Part shown: in pieces, positions 1-12,507 of the stretch | How positions within the stretch are numbered: the stretch's first letter is position 1 | Layout: the number at the start of each line of letters is the position of its first letter | Assembly: GCA_013239625.1 (NCBI GenBank) | Contig: MU054187.1 | Coordinates: 22,571,280 to 22,635,279 of the forward strand | Origin: Lama guanicoe | Lineage: Eukaryota | DNA length: 64,000 bases | Direction of reading: 5' to 3' | The notes under the pieces: model-generated | The model's input: the letters and a program-made list of their open reading frames with translations, nothing else | Database searches by the model: none | What the model was told of the DNA's origin: nothing | Translations under genes and position numbers: made by a program

Positions 1-700
1 ACTGAGGAATGAGTTCAAACCTGAGAGAATCAAGTGAAAAATATTAGAAAGTAATGAAAGTTCCAAAAGGTGGTCAGATACAACGTAAAGTAAAAAGTCA
101 ACGATTTTTTACCAACCAGCAATAACCAAGTGAAGAAATTATTGTGGGTAAAAGACCAGAATTCATAATATAATAAAAAATGACGGGTCTAGGGTCTTTA
201 GTGATGGAAAATGACAAAATTGTACTGAGGGACAAAGAAGGAAGCTTGTTTAAATGGAAACATGCCATGAGTCTAGATAAGCAGATGTGATAATTGTGTA
301 AAATACAACATTTGCCTCTGAATTAGTTAATTTTGATCAGAATTGCAGTGGAACCCTGGCAAAATGACTCTTAAAATTTTCTGAAAGGCAAAATGAATCA
401 GAATAGCCAAGAAGTTTTTCAGAAAAAAAATGAAGGGGAGTTTGTTCCAGCAGGTATTAAAAGTTATTTTAAAGCTATATATGTATATATAATTTAACTT
501 TTTATTGACTTATAACATTATATAAGTTTCGTGTGTATAATATTATGTATTAATTAAGAGTATGGAGCTTGTACGTGACCAGTAGAAACAATAAGCTGTC
601 TTGAAATAGACCCCAGAGTGTATATGAATTCAGTATGTGATGGGGATGACATTTTAGGGGAAAGGATTGTAACAGCTGTCAAGCTGGACAGGAACTGAAT
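1..700 (+). mobile_element. Old degenerate L1M ORF2 fragment
   Basis: A-rich sequence resembling L1 ORF2 (e.g. agaatagccaag, gaaatagacccc). Confidence 0.5.
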
Positions 701-1003
701 GTGGATCCCTGACTTATACCTGGATATGTTAGGAAACTATTCTGTATAGAGTGTAGACAAAACTGCTGAAATGGAGACCCAAAACAAAGTGGTTTGGACC
801 AAAGAGAGGTTAATGTCTCTTACGTGTTGCACGTCCGGAGGGGAGTAGTTCAGGTCTGAGGGGCGGTTCCACCACTCACAGCGTCCATCCTGGGGCTGAG
901 GCAGCTGCTCTGATTGTCATCCTCTGCAGCCAGTGGGGCGAGGACAAAGGGACTGAGAGCGCACGTGCTCTCCCTTTTAGGGTGTGATTCAGAAGTGGCT
1001 GAC

Positions 1004-1140
1004 GGGGAGGGTATAGCTTAAGCGGGAGCGTGTACCTCGAGTGGTAGAGCGCATGCTTAGCATGCACGAGGTCCTGGGTTCAATCCCCAGTACTTCCATT
1101 TAGGAAAAAAAAATTAAAAACAAAAAAAAAAAAAGAAAGA
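1004..1140 (+). mobile_element. vic-1-type tRNA-Ala-derived SINE with a 20-nt internal insertion
   Basis: GGGGAGGGTATAGCT...GTGGTAGAGCGCATGCTTAGCATGCACGAGGTCCTGGGTTCAATCCCC followed by an A-tail. Confidence 0.9.
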
Positions 1141-1919
1141 CAGACTATCAACTGGGAAAAATACTGTGACATTTATGATGTAGGTTCTATCCTTAATGCA
1201 ATTAAGAGTTAATATAAAAAATATTCTTTGTAGAAAAATGAGTACATTCATTGCAGTGTTTTATAATGGCAGCACATTGGGTGGCCATCAGTTGGAGGAA
1301 ACTCCACCCAGTGGAGTCCTTAGCAGCCACTCACATGGTGTTATTTGTTTGGGCCATAATCCTTTATCTGTAAACCTTTGGGGCCAAATACTCACACATT
1401 TGCTGCAGAAGTGTGAGAGTTTTGTAATATGTGGCATTTGCACCATGTTTCAGTGACCAAAGGAATGACTATTCATATCGAGTGGCATAAGTAAAGGCTA
1501 TAAATAATTTCATGTTGTTGAGGTCGGGTGTTGTAGCCAAATGAGTTTTTGTAAATGAGTGAAATACCTTGTACTTTTTAGGACTTTATGGATTCATTTA
1601 CATGTTTATTCAGTGAAATGACATACAGTATGTAGGTAGAAAAGAGTATGTTATAAAACATGAATATAAACTCCACTGTAATAAATACAGAGAGAGAGAC
1701 ATTTTTCTCCATCAATGCACAGAAAAATACTAAGAATGAGAATTGCCAAATATTAACATTGGTTCTCTCTGGTGATTATTGTGGCTAATCTTTGTTTTTG
1801 TATATATTTTTTGAAGAGTTTTGAATTTGAAAAAAATAAGCTGATATTGGTTTTATTATAAAGATAAAACTCTATTTTGAGAAAAACCATCATTTGCTGT
1901 TTTCAAATTTTCTTTCCAG

Positions 1920-1974
1920 TGATAAGATGTTTCCAGCTTTTGGATTTGGAGCTCAGGTGCCTCCTCAGTGGCAG
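1920..1974 (+). CDS. CPNE3: Copine-3 internal coding exon (55 bp; [18 protein letters not shown]), vWA domain
   Basis: tttccag acceptor and gtaaga donor; translation matches the copine vWA motif [11 protein letters not shown]. Confidence 0.96.
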
Positions 1975-2056
1975 GTAAGAGGGACCCTCATTGTAGAGCT
2001 TTGCCTCCCAGCAAAGCCAAAGTGGCCTCGTCAGCCTTCCTTTCGTCTTTTCACAG

Positions 2057-2108
2057 GTTTCACATGAATTCCCGATGAACTTTAATCCATCCAATCCCTA
2101 CTGTAATG
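2057..2108 (+). CDS. CPNE3: Copine-3 coding exon (52 bp; [17 protein letters not shown])
   Basis: ttcacag acceptor and gtaagt donor; in frame after an 82-bp intron. Confidence 0.96.
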
Positions 2109-5001
2109 GTAAGTTAAAAATAAACACGAAGATTTTAAAACGAAAGCCTCACTAGTCTTTGTTACTTTTCTCCCCCCTGGGGTTTAAACCTATTCAGACT
2201 TCCTCTGTAGGCTCCTTTTTGTGACATATATATATATATATATTATTGCACTTTCTGTTGTTTAAAGTAGAATTACACCAAGTTGGTGGTGGTTGGCGTG
2301 GTGAAGATGATGGTGGTGCAGATCACAATGATGATGATAAAGATTGCAAGCTAAATCCTTCTACCTCCTGAGGGTTAATAGAACAAAAGAATTCTTAATC
2401 TTGAGGGTAGATCCATAAGAAGAATCATCTTATTTTCCCATAAAAGTTGATTTTAAAATAAACCTGCAATACAGTGACTCATTCGGTATACGGATTTTCT
2501 GAGGCTTTTCTCAGAGTAGCAGTTACTCTCTACAAAGAAAGTGTCCACCATCAGATTCCTTGCTATACAGGGCTCTGCAAGGAGATGGGGTGGCTCAAGG
2601 AACAAAGAATCGGGCTCCGAGAGTAGCTTACCTTTGTGTAGGAAGCGGGGTCAGACATTTGTTTTCATTTCCGCTTCTTCTTTCTTTCTGAAATATTCCA
2701 GTACCTCTTCCTTTTTACACCACTGAGCCATCAACGTAAAATGCCAAATCTCCCACAGAATTATATAAGACTGAACAGTTTGGAGGAGGAAAAGAGATAG
2801 GGCAGAGGAATAAAACTGTAGACAATAAGCTTATTTTCTGCAAAGGGTCCTTTTGATAATTATAAAATGTGTAGATTTTTCACTGAAGAGGGTGTTCTTT
2901 CTTTCTCTTCCTACAGAATGTTCATAAAGTAAAAGAGCATGAGCTTTGTGTCGAGGGTCGTTCGTTTGAGGATTTTCTCCTTTTTCTTTTTTTTTCCAGA
3001 ACTCTTTTTCTCGTACTGATTCGGTGTTCTCTGATACACTTTCAGTGGCAGGCTATGACCTTTTGTATCCCTAGCCATAGGAAACTGGGAATATTTTTAC
3101 GTTTCAGGATGACAGATTAGTGGATGCCAAAAGTTACTAAGGAAAGGGTAGGGGCCAGAGGGAAGTGAATATAGCTTTAAAAGTGCAACATGATGGATCC
3201 TTGGTTGTCCATTGACATTGACCACGTCATTGTCAATACCCTAGCTGCGATGTTCTACTAGAGTTTTGTCAGATGTTACCCTTAGGGAAAACAAAATACT
3301 TTTACCATGAATCTCTTTGTATCATTTCTTATAATTGCATGTGAATCTATAATTATCTCAAAATAAAAAGTTCACTTAATAATTGAAAAAAAGAAACATG
3401 CTTCATGCTGCTGATGATATTGGAACAAATTTTTGGAAATTGTTGTAATTGGGTTTTACTTATTGCAAGTAAATTTGGATGACTTATAGCATGGGATAAT
3501 TCGTTTCAGAAGTTGATTTAAAAGGAGCCCATCATTGGGCTGCCACCATGCGCAGCTTTTCCGCTTTTGCTTTAAAGTCTGGAAAGAAGAATCAGTTTGG
3601 TTTTAGACAAGGGAGATACTACACAGAAAAAAATACAGCCTTATTTTAAGGCAAGGAAATTTAATCCCCCTTTTCCCAATGAATCATTGAACTCAGTTGC
3701 CCAGAAAGAACACGTCTCACTTTCTTCCTGAGTGCAAAGGAACGATTTCGGCACTATTCAGTTTTAGTTGAGAAACTGAAGGCAATTGAAATTATGAAGA
3801 TATTTCATTAATAGTTTTGTATACCTGTCAATTGAAGAGCAAGCTAGATGATAGAAATGGAAGAAAATACTATTATTGCTGTGGTTTGGGGCTCAGTTTT
3901 TCTACAGTGTGTATCGTTTCAGTAAGACCCTGCCGGCCTGCGTTAGTATTATTACTTTTGTTACTACTGGAGCTGCTGACCTCATGCATGTAAAATCACT
4001 TCTATGTGTGAATTAGTTGCATTCTCAGGTTTTTTGTAAGACCACTTATTCCTAAATTCAAGGTGGTTAGGACTCTTTTACTGGCACTTTTAAATTATTA
4101 ATATAGAGGGTTGGTCATGTGAAGAAGCTTTTACAGCTGGTAAATATTTCTCTCCTTTGTGGATCTATGTTCTGTTGGACATTTCTTTAAGCAAATGTTT
4201 TGGTTTGCATTAAAAGTCTTTTAAGATTTCCTTGAAATCTTAGCAAGTACTGAGGGGAATTTTTGTAGGATTTCAGTATCTTAGCTACGTTCTAGACACC
4301 ACTGAGTATCAGGGGCAGATTATCAGCAGTGCCTTAATCAGGAATGCTGTTCAGCTTTCCAATGGTCGTGCTATTGTGATCAACAATCTCTAAATCTCAG
4401 TGACTTAAAGTGATAATAGGTCATTTCTTGCTCGCTCTACAAATCCCTTTACTTGTTGGCAGGCAGCTGCTCTGCTCAATTTATTCTCATTCTGGGTCTC
4501 GGGCTGAAGGCACAGCCCCCACCTGGGATATGCTGCTCCCCTGGCAGAGGGAAGAGCAAGAGAATGGGTGAAAACAGGCAGTGGTTCTCGAGACATCTTC
4601 TTAGGCATGTGCATTCGTATGAACTGGTCAGAGTTAATCAGATGGCCCTGCCCAGTCTCCCGTTACAGAACACCCAGCCTAGGCCATGCCCAATAAACAA
4701 ACGAATTAGTATTTCTGCAGCAAAATGCGATGAATAACTTGGAAGTGAATATTTGGAGTTGAAACAGTCTCCCATAGATACCATGCTTACCCTGTGAGTT
4801 ATTGAGTAAACCCTTGGCTAGAATGAACGTTAAGTTTATAGCCATCTGGTATGGTTTTAGAACCTCTGTGTATGTAAAAGTTTTCCCATTTTATCAGTTA
4901 CTTTTCCTTACCTCTTCTCATCAGCTGTATGAGGCAGCATCTCGTTCATGGTTATTTTTCCATCAGAATCTTATTCCCAAAACCTATCAAAATTAAGCAA
5001 T

Positions 5002-5079
5002 TTGACACAACATTGTAAAATGATTATAAATCAATAAAAAATGTTTAAAAAAAGAAAATAAATTGATGAACACGTGAAA
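5002..5079 (+). mobile_element. Extremely 5'-truncated young L1 3' end with an extra 3' segment
   Basis: Matches the reverse complement of the L1 terminus at 58618-58672; TSD aaaattaagcaat at 4989-5001 and 5080-5092. Confidence 0.8.
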
Positions 5080-5309
5080 AAAATTAAGCAATACAACAGT
5101 CCTACTGTAGACTAGTGAATAATTTGGCTGAGATGAAAACAAATGCCTTCTACCAGGGGTGAGTAGAGTTTATAGGTTTTTGTGATGGAATATAGCTATG
5201 CGGTTCTGTAATACATACCTTAGAGGAACCCCTGAATAGGGCACTTTTGACTGTTTAAAGCACTGTATGTTGGTATATAAATTAAATTAGCCAGCATGGT
5301 GAGTAGTAA

Positions 5310-5597
<288 letters not shown>

Positions 5598-6497
5598 TGA
5601 AGCAATGACATGGTCGTGCTTGGCTGGGGAGTAACATCACTTGTCGTTAAATTCGTGATCATTAAAAACAACACAACAGCAAAACAACCTTTATATTCAT
5701 GAGTATTTTCTCTATCTTTTGAAATTTAAAAAAATGCCTGTTGTCCATGTTTTTGAAGTAGATTTTACAAATTAAGGCTTGAGAAGACTTACCCCTTCAG
5801 TCGCTGTTGCAGATTACTTCCTAAAGAGACTTGCTTTAGCTAATCATTACCTGTTGGATCTTGGGTACCACATCTCGCTCAGCTTCAGTATTCTTAAATA
5901 AGGCAGGAATGACTACTTCATACAGTTGTCCAAAGTGTGAGAGGAGGTGATTCACATAACGTGCACAGTGCCTGAGTCAGAGAAAACACGCATCATGTGA
6001 TAGCTACTGTTATAAACCTTATTTCCATTTTAGACTCAAATGGCCCAAAACATGGAGTCAGAACTTTATGTAACACTTTATCACTCTCTAAAAAGATTTA
6101 TCAGAGATGACAGGATTGAAAGATCCCCCTCCCCCCACCAAATTCACTTTTTTCCAATATATTTTAGTTTGATAAACAATTCTGCTTCTTCCATATTTGA
6201 TCTTTTGAGAACGGAGTTGCCACTTGCTCCCTCGATCGTTACTTTGACATATTTAATACTTCGGTTACGTCAAAGGGTTTATTCACATGCTAACTGGAAG
6301 TTTAATCTTTGACGTTTAGGTGTCTTGCTTCTGTTTATTTATGCCAGCCCTCTTTTGTGGTCTGTTGCACTTTTGATGACCCTGCAGTTTTTGTATCAGT
6401 AAATTTCCTTGTCACCAGAGAATCTTGGAAAATTTCTTGTCGATGGTTTCCTGGGTAGAGACTGGCCAGGCAGATGAGCAGGAAAGAGACTAAATGA

Positions 6498-6908
<411 letters not shown>

Positions 6909-7372
6909 TGACTGGGGTTAAAAATGTGAATTTTCCATTTGAAGACCCTTGACTAGATTTGGCAGTTTTGTTTCAGCTTGTATACTGTGTGACCCTTACA
7001 CAATAAGTTGTTAAAACCGATGTTGTTGTGAATGTTTTGAAATATGTTTTATCTTCACCTGTGTAACAACAGAAAAGCTCTATGCAAATATATGATGAAT
7101 TAAGCACACTGGAAGTTGATTTGATGAAAATCTCTCGGGAGGCAGTTTTACGCAGTTTACTCCAGCGGTAACACCTTGTACAACTCTGGCCCGGAGTCGT
7201 AACCAGGACACTGACATTGATACAGTCAAGGTCCATTACAGCAGGTGCCCTCCTGTAGCCCTCTTATAACCACACCTGCTTCCCTCCCGCATTCATTTCC
7301 TTTTTAACCCCTGGCAACCACTATTATGTTCTCCATTTCTGTAGTGTTGTCATTTCAAGAATGCTGTGTGAA

Positions 7373-7512
7373 GGAGGGGAAGGGTGTAGCACAAAGTGGT
7401 AGAACGCACGCTTAGCATGCATGAGGTCCTGGGTTCAATCCCCAGTACCTCCTCTAAAAAAAGTAAATAAACGAATAAACCTAATCACCTCCCTCCCCCC
7501 AGAAAAAAAAAA
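7373..7512 (+). mobile_element. vic-1-type SINE
   Basis: A and B boxes, AATAAACCTAATCACCTCCC tail, poly(A); TSD aagaatgytrtgtgaa at 7357-7372 and 7513-7528. Confidence 0.92.
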
Positions 7513-8198
7513 AAGAATGTTATGTGAATGGAATCATACAGTATGTATAACCTTGAGACTGGCTTTCTTCCCACCCAGCTGAATTCTCTGGAGAGTCTTC
7601 CCAGTCATTGAATGCATTCCTTTTTAACGCTGAAGGTACTCCTTGATGCGGGTGTACCAGTTTGCTTAACCTTTCACCCACTGAAGGACATCTTCAGCTG
7701 TTCCCAGTGTTCACCTGTTACACGCAAAGCTGCTATAAACATTTGTTTGCGGGTTTTTGTGTTTTTGTTTCTCTGAGATAAATATGCAGAAGTGCAGCTG
7801 CTGGGCTGTCTGGTTGTTGCATTTTAATCATTAAAGAAACTGCTGAACTTTTCTGGCACAGTTGTGCCATTTTATGTTCCAATATTCCAAGTGAGGGTGG
7901 GGTGGGGAGGTAGAGGGTGGGTGTGTATTAAAAAATGTGGTAATATGAGGGGTCTTTGCGGTGAAGCAGTTCTGTATCTTGATTGTGACAGTGGTTACAC
8001 AGATCTACCAGATGATAAAATTACACAGAACTATACACACACACGCAAATGAATGTGTGTAAAAACTGGTGGAATCTGAGTTAGTCCTGTGAACTGTGTC
8101 AATGTTCATTCCCTGGTTTTGATGCTGTACTATAGTTATGTAAGATGTTACATCTAGAGGAAACTCGGTGATGGTTACATGGGATCTCTCTGTACTGG

Positions 8199-8347
8199 TT
8201 TTTATTTATTTTATTTTTTTTTTTAGGTTGGGGGTTGCAATTAGGTTTATTTTTATTTATTTATTTATTTTTACCGGTACAGGGGATTTAACCCAGGGCC
8301 TCGTGCGTGCTAAGCATGCACTTTACCACTGAGCTATACCCTCCCCC
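8199..8347 (-). mobile_element. vic-1-type SINE
   Basis: Reverse-complement tRNA head with T-rich tail; flanking ctctgtact duplication. Confidence 0.9.
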
Positions 8348-8705
8348 AACTCTGTACTATTTTTGCAACTTCCTATGAATTTGTAATTATTTCCAAATAG
8401 AAAGTTTTTGAAAAATGAATATCAAGTGAATGAAAGACCCATATTTAAAAGTTAAAAAAAAAATCATTGAATGTCAAAATGCTGGCACCAAAAAAGGACT
8501 TGACAAATGTTAGGGAGCATAATAAAGCACCCCCAGGTGACGCTGGTTAGTTTAACTCCATGTTTCACGGACTGTCCCTGAGACAAGCCCGGGAATCGGG
8601 AAGTGCTGCTTTTTCCTCTTGGGTGATGTGTTCCTCGTCTTTTATCAAAATGGCAGTAAAAACGTGGTTGCTAATAAAATCACTTTGCTTTTAATTACTC
8701 CCCAG

Positions 8706-8816
8706 GCTCCCAAAGAAGCGCTTGCTCAGTGTGTCTTGGCGGAGATCCCCCAGCAGGTGGTGGGTTACTTCAACACATACAAACTCCTTCCTCCCAAGAA
8801 CCCGGCTGCCCAGTGA
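8706..8816 (+). CDS. CPNE3: Copine-3 terminal coding exon ([36 protein letters not shown])
   Basis: ccccag acceptor; matches the recalled CPNE3 C-terminus; TGA at 8814-8816. Confidence 0.97.
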   Translation, partial: APKEALAQCVLAEIPQQVVGYFNTYKLLPPKNPAAQ

Positions 8817-9277
8817 AAGGAGCTGTGTGGTCTGTGGTCACCGCAGCGGGATTCTTCTGTGCTGTGTGGGGCGACGGCTTCCTCTCTGACACCAGATCAT
8901 GAATCTGTCATTTTGCCTGGTTTTCCCCAACCCCAGCATTTAGGATATAAACCTGGTTCTGTGGATTATTCTTTTTATGCTTTTTGGGGAGGAAAGTGCT
9001 AAGTTAATCTTTGCCCAGTCAATTCAGTGATTGCTAGTAATTGCGGTGAGGCTGTTTGCTCAGGAACCAGTGTGAGAAAAGCAGATTTTGTCGTGGTGGT
9101 TGTTTGCTTTCATAGGATGAAAATGGTGTTTTTGAGTATATGTTAATTGAAAGAATCGCAAATTGTTAGAATGATGGGATTTACAGATGGGTATACACTG
9201 TTTGCTCCAGGCAATAAATGTTTTATAAGCCAATGTTCATAGCTGATGACAAGAGCTTCTTGAATTAGATAGTGTTA

Positions 9278-9411
9278 GAGGGGAAGATATAGCTTAGTGG
9301 TAGAGTGTGTGTTTGGCATGCATGAGGTCCTGGGTTCAATCCCCGGTGCCTCCATTAAAAAAATAATAATGATCAATAAACCTAATTACCTCCCCTCTCC
9401 CCCCCAAAAAA
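9278..9411 (+). mobile_element. vic-1-type SINE inside the CPNE3 3' UTR
   Basis: tRNA-like head, B box GGTTCAATCC, tail containing AATAAA at 9375-9380. Confidence 0.9.
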
Positions 9412-11413
9412 CTGAATTAAATTAGATGATATTGAATTTGTTCCTATAACTATATTTAGTGCTTTTCCATGGGATAGAACTAACTTCACTTGTACCTGAA
9501 TTTTGCTGCAGTTCAGACATGCATAGTTCAACGCAGCATGCATTCCTACAGGACTTCATGAAAAATACTATGAGAAGGGAAGGCATACATTCAGTTCTTA
9601 AAGTTGTACAATCATCACGTAAAAAGAGCCTCATGTAAGTAAGCCCTTTTTATTTCCCTTCCTAGATCTTTTATTTTCATTATGGAATACTATAAACATG
9701 GTCAGATGCAAACTCTTCCCTGCCTGTATGAGACACTCAGGATTCTTTTTCTGCAGAGATGACAGATTGTCCTAGATTGAGCGTTGTTAGCTTATTTTAA
9801 TTGGAGTTTGTCAAAATGGTCAGCCCTGCTTTGTCTAGGAAAGCTGTAAGGACAAAACAGAAGGAGAAATTCAGAATTCCATTTCCTTAAAACTAATGAG
9901 AGTCTTAGTTATTAAAAAAAAATTTTTTTTTACTTTCCTTGCTAAGATCCCATATATTGATTTGTATACTTGTATAAATTCATTAAGATATTCTCTCCTT
10001 TTTTTCTTTTTTTTTTCGGTAACACTTTTAGTCTGATTTTTTAAACTCATGATAGTGGTTATTAATTAAAATCCCATTTGACATTTTAATAATGTGCTAT
10101 TTCCTAAGCCCAGAATATTTTGTATTAAGCGTAAAACCTGTTGTAATTAGAAACAAAAAATCCAACTGTTGCATAGGATGGAGTGGTTGTTACATGCTTT
10201 TTATTAGAGTAGAATTTTTTTCCTAATTTTTACCTTTAGAACGTAATTCTTAGCAAGTGTTACATGTTCAGAATAGATTCAATAACGTCTTACTGAGGAC
10301 CTGTGCACTAAGTACTGTGCATATCCGTATAGTGGCCACTCATCTTTAACATTCGCAACTGTGTGTTCATCACACATCCTTCAGTGGATCCACCCTGTGC
10401 CATTCATTCCTGTCACTGTTGTTGAAAACGTGCACCACAGCTCATGTCTTTTGTTCCCTGAAATTTCTGAAAGACGTGAGCTCTCAGCCGTGAGCAGCTC
10501 TTGGCTTCTCGGAAACAGCTCATTGCCAAGGTCAGGCTGAGGAGAGGGGGACCTGCTTGCCATCGTGGTTGCCTCGTCCAGGTGAGCCGTTACCACCCTC
10601 CCGCTCGGCCGGCTGGCCCCTGGGTGTGTGCTGTTGACCTGAAGGCATTAATGAGCAGTCTGTTACCCTGTAGCATGTCTCCTTAGTTGACACGTCCCTT
10701 TGACATCAGTTAGGGGAGAAAAAAGAACTGGTGCGTCTTCCCCTGGTCTGAGCCTTTCTTGTCTAAGATTTTCTGGTTGCAATTCTCTTTCCGTGCTTAG
10801 AAACAGCATATGTATGTTGCTGTTGTTTTCAGAATTTTCTTTTTAAACACATGAAGCCTTTAACAAACTGGTTTACTATATTCTCAGTCTGTGGTAAAAC
10901 AGATAGAAGGTCTCCTGTTTGAAGCTGGGGCACGGTCCAGAGCCCTGCTCTCCAGGCCTCCTCCCCACTCTCCTTGACCAGATCCTGGTGGCGCTGGAGT
11001 CCCCTGCACAGGACCCCTGGGAAGCGCTGGTCACGCGCACTCATGGTTCTCATCGGCCACATAACAGTGCTGCTGACACCACTGTCCCATTGATGATTTG
11101 GTCTTCAAAATTTTCTGTTCTGATTTTAACCAAAATTGTTCCCTTTTGAAAATTGCTTTTGTATTATTCAGTCTTGACCTGGGTCATCAGGAGATGCTGT
11201 TATTCATAAGGACCACGATTCCAGCAAATTAGGGTCGCTGATAACCTTTCTGCAGTTTTGAATCAAAGCGTTTACAGTTTCTAAATTACCGTTTTTATAA
11301 AATTCTTACAATTTCAACGTTTCACCTCATCACATACTGGTTTAATATTGTTTTATATTAAAATAGCCCTTTTCCCTATTATGTCGGCTTTCATTCAAGT
11401 GCTGTTAGTTCTT

Positions 11414-11809
11414 TTTCTTTTTTCTTTTTTTTTATTGAAGTACAGTCAGTTACAATGTGTTGATTTCTGGCGTACAGCACACTGTCCCAGTCATGCATAT
11501 ATATATATGCATGCATATACACATATATTTGTTTTCATACTCTTTTTCATTAAAAGTTGTTTCAAGATATTGAGTATAGTTACCTGTGCCATACAGAAGG
11601 AATTTGTTTTTTATCTATTTTTATACATAGTGGTTAAATTTGCAAATCTGAGACTCCCAAATTTATCCCTTCCCACCCCCTTTCCCCTATAACCATAAGA
11701 TTGTTTACTATGTATGCAAGTCTGTTTCTGTTTTGTAGATGAGCTCATTAGTGTCCTCTTTTTTCTTTTTCCTTTTTTTTTTTTAGATTCCACATATGAG
11801 TGGTATCTT
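11414..11809 (-). mobile_element. 5'-truncated L1 3' end within the putative CPNE3 3' UTR
   Basis: Poly-T then attgaagtacagtcagttacaatg...tagattccacatatgag; TSD aagtgcyrttagttctt at 11397-11413 and 11810-11826. Confidence 0.88.
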
Positions 11810-12451
11810 AAGTGCCATTAGTTCTTAAAATGTATTTAGAGAAAAAATAACAAGTTGACTTTCACACCTCATATGAACAGATATACTACAGACATGCAGT
11901 GGGGGTGACGGTGCCCTGGATAGACGTAAAGTTTCTTGCATCTGCCTGAACTGAGAAGATAGTATACCAGTTAGCACTGTCGTGTCGCCTTGTGCTTAGA
12001 ATTGAAAATTTTTAAATCGTAAAAATTTAAAGTCAGAGCAGGGATTTACAGCTGTCCACTTGGGTAGTGCCTCAAGCAGCCTTTCCAGAGTAAATTTAGG
12101 GCCCCCTCACTGCTTAACGCTTTATTTGACCTGCTTTGCCATTTTCATTTTGTAAATTTTCTGGGAAGTCATCCTCAGTAAGTTTCTCCTCGTCTCTTTC
12201 TGTGTGTGGTGGATAGTCAGGGGAGTGACTCATCAGGTCAGCCGGAAGTTTGGTTGAGGTCACGAGAGACTGATTTTTGCTTGTCCGGATGTCATACTTG
12301 ATAATAAGTGTATGTTACTAATGTATGAATTGATGTTAAATGTATCTTCCACTTGAATTCCCTTTGGATAAAATTATTTCTTGATGTGATACAATAATTC
12401 CTTTTTTTGGTTTTTATTCTTTCTCTAAATGTTACCAGTTGAAAAGTTAGA

Positions 12452-12507
12452 AATAAAGTGAATATAGTATTTGAAGTGACCTGTATTCCATATTTTACTG
12501 AATTAAA
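12452..12507 (+). terminator. Candidate distal poly(A) signals of CPNE3
   Basis: AATAAA and ATTAAA in a U-rich context with a downstream G/U-rich tract. Confidence 0.5.

Larger units (their letters stand above)
6990..8420. mobile_element. Old L1M 3'-end fragments in both orientations, hosting two SINEs
   Basis: Motifs ccctggcaaccact, gaatggaatcatacagtatg and gttctgtatcttgattgtg typical of L1MB/MC/ME 3' ends. Confidence 0.6.

Noticed and set aside
1004..1096. tRNA-Ala gene (and similar hits at 7373, 8270, 9278, 24750, 30090, 57170)
   Set aside because: Degenerate stems, A-rich tails and, for several copies, TSDs identify these as SINE heads rather than tRNA genes
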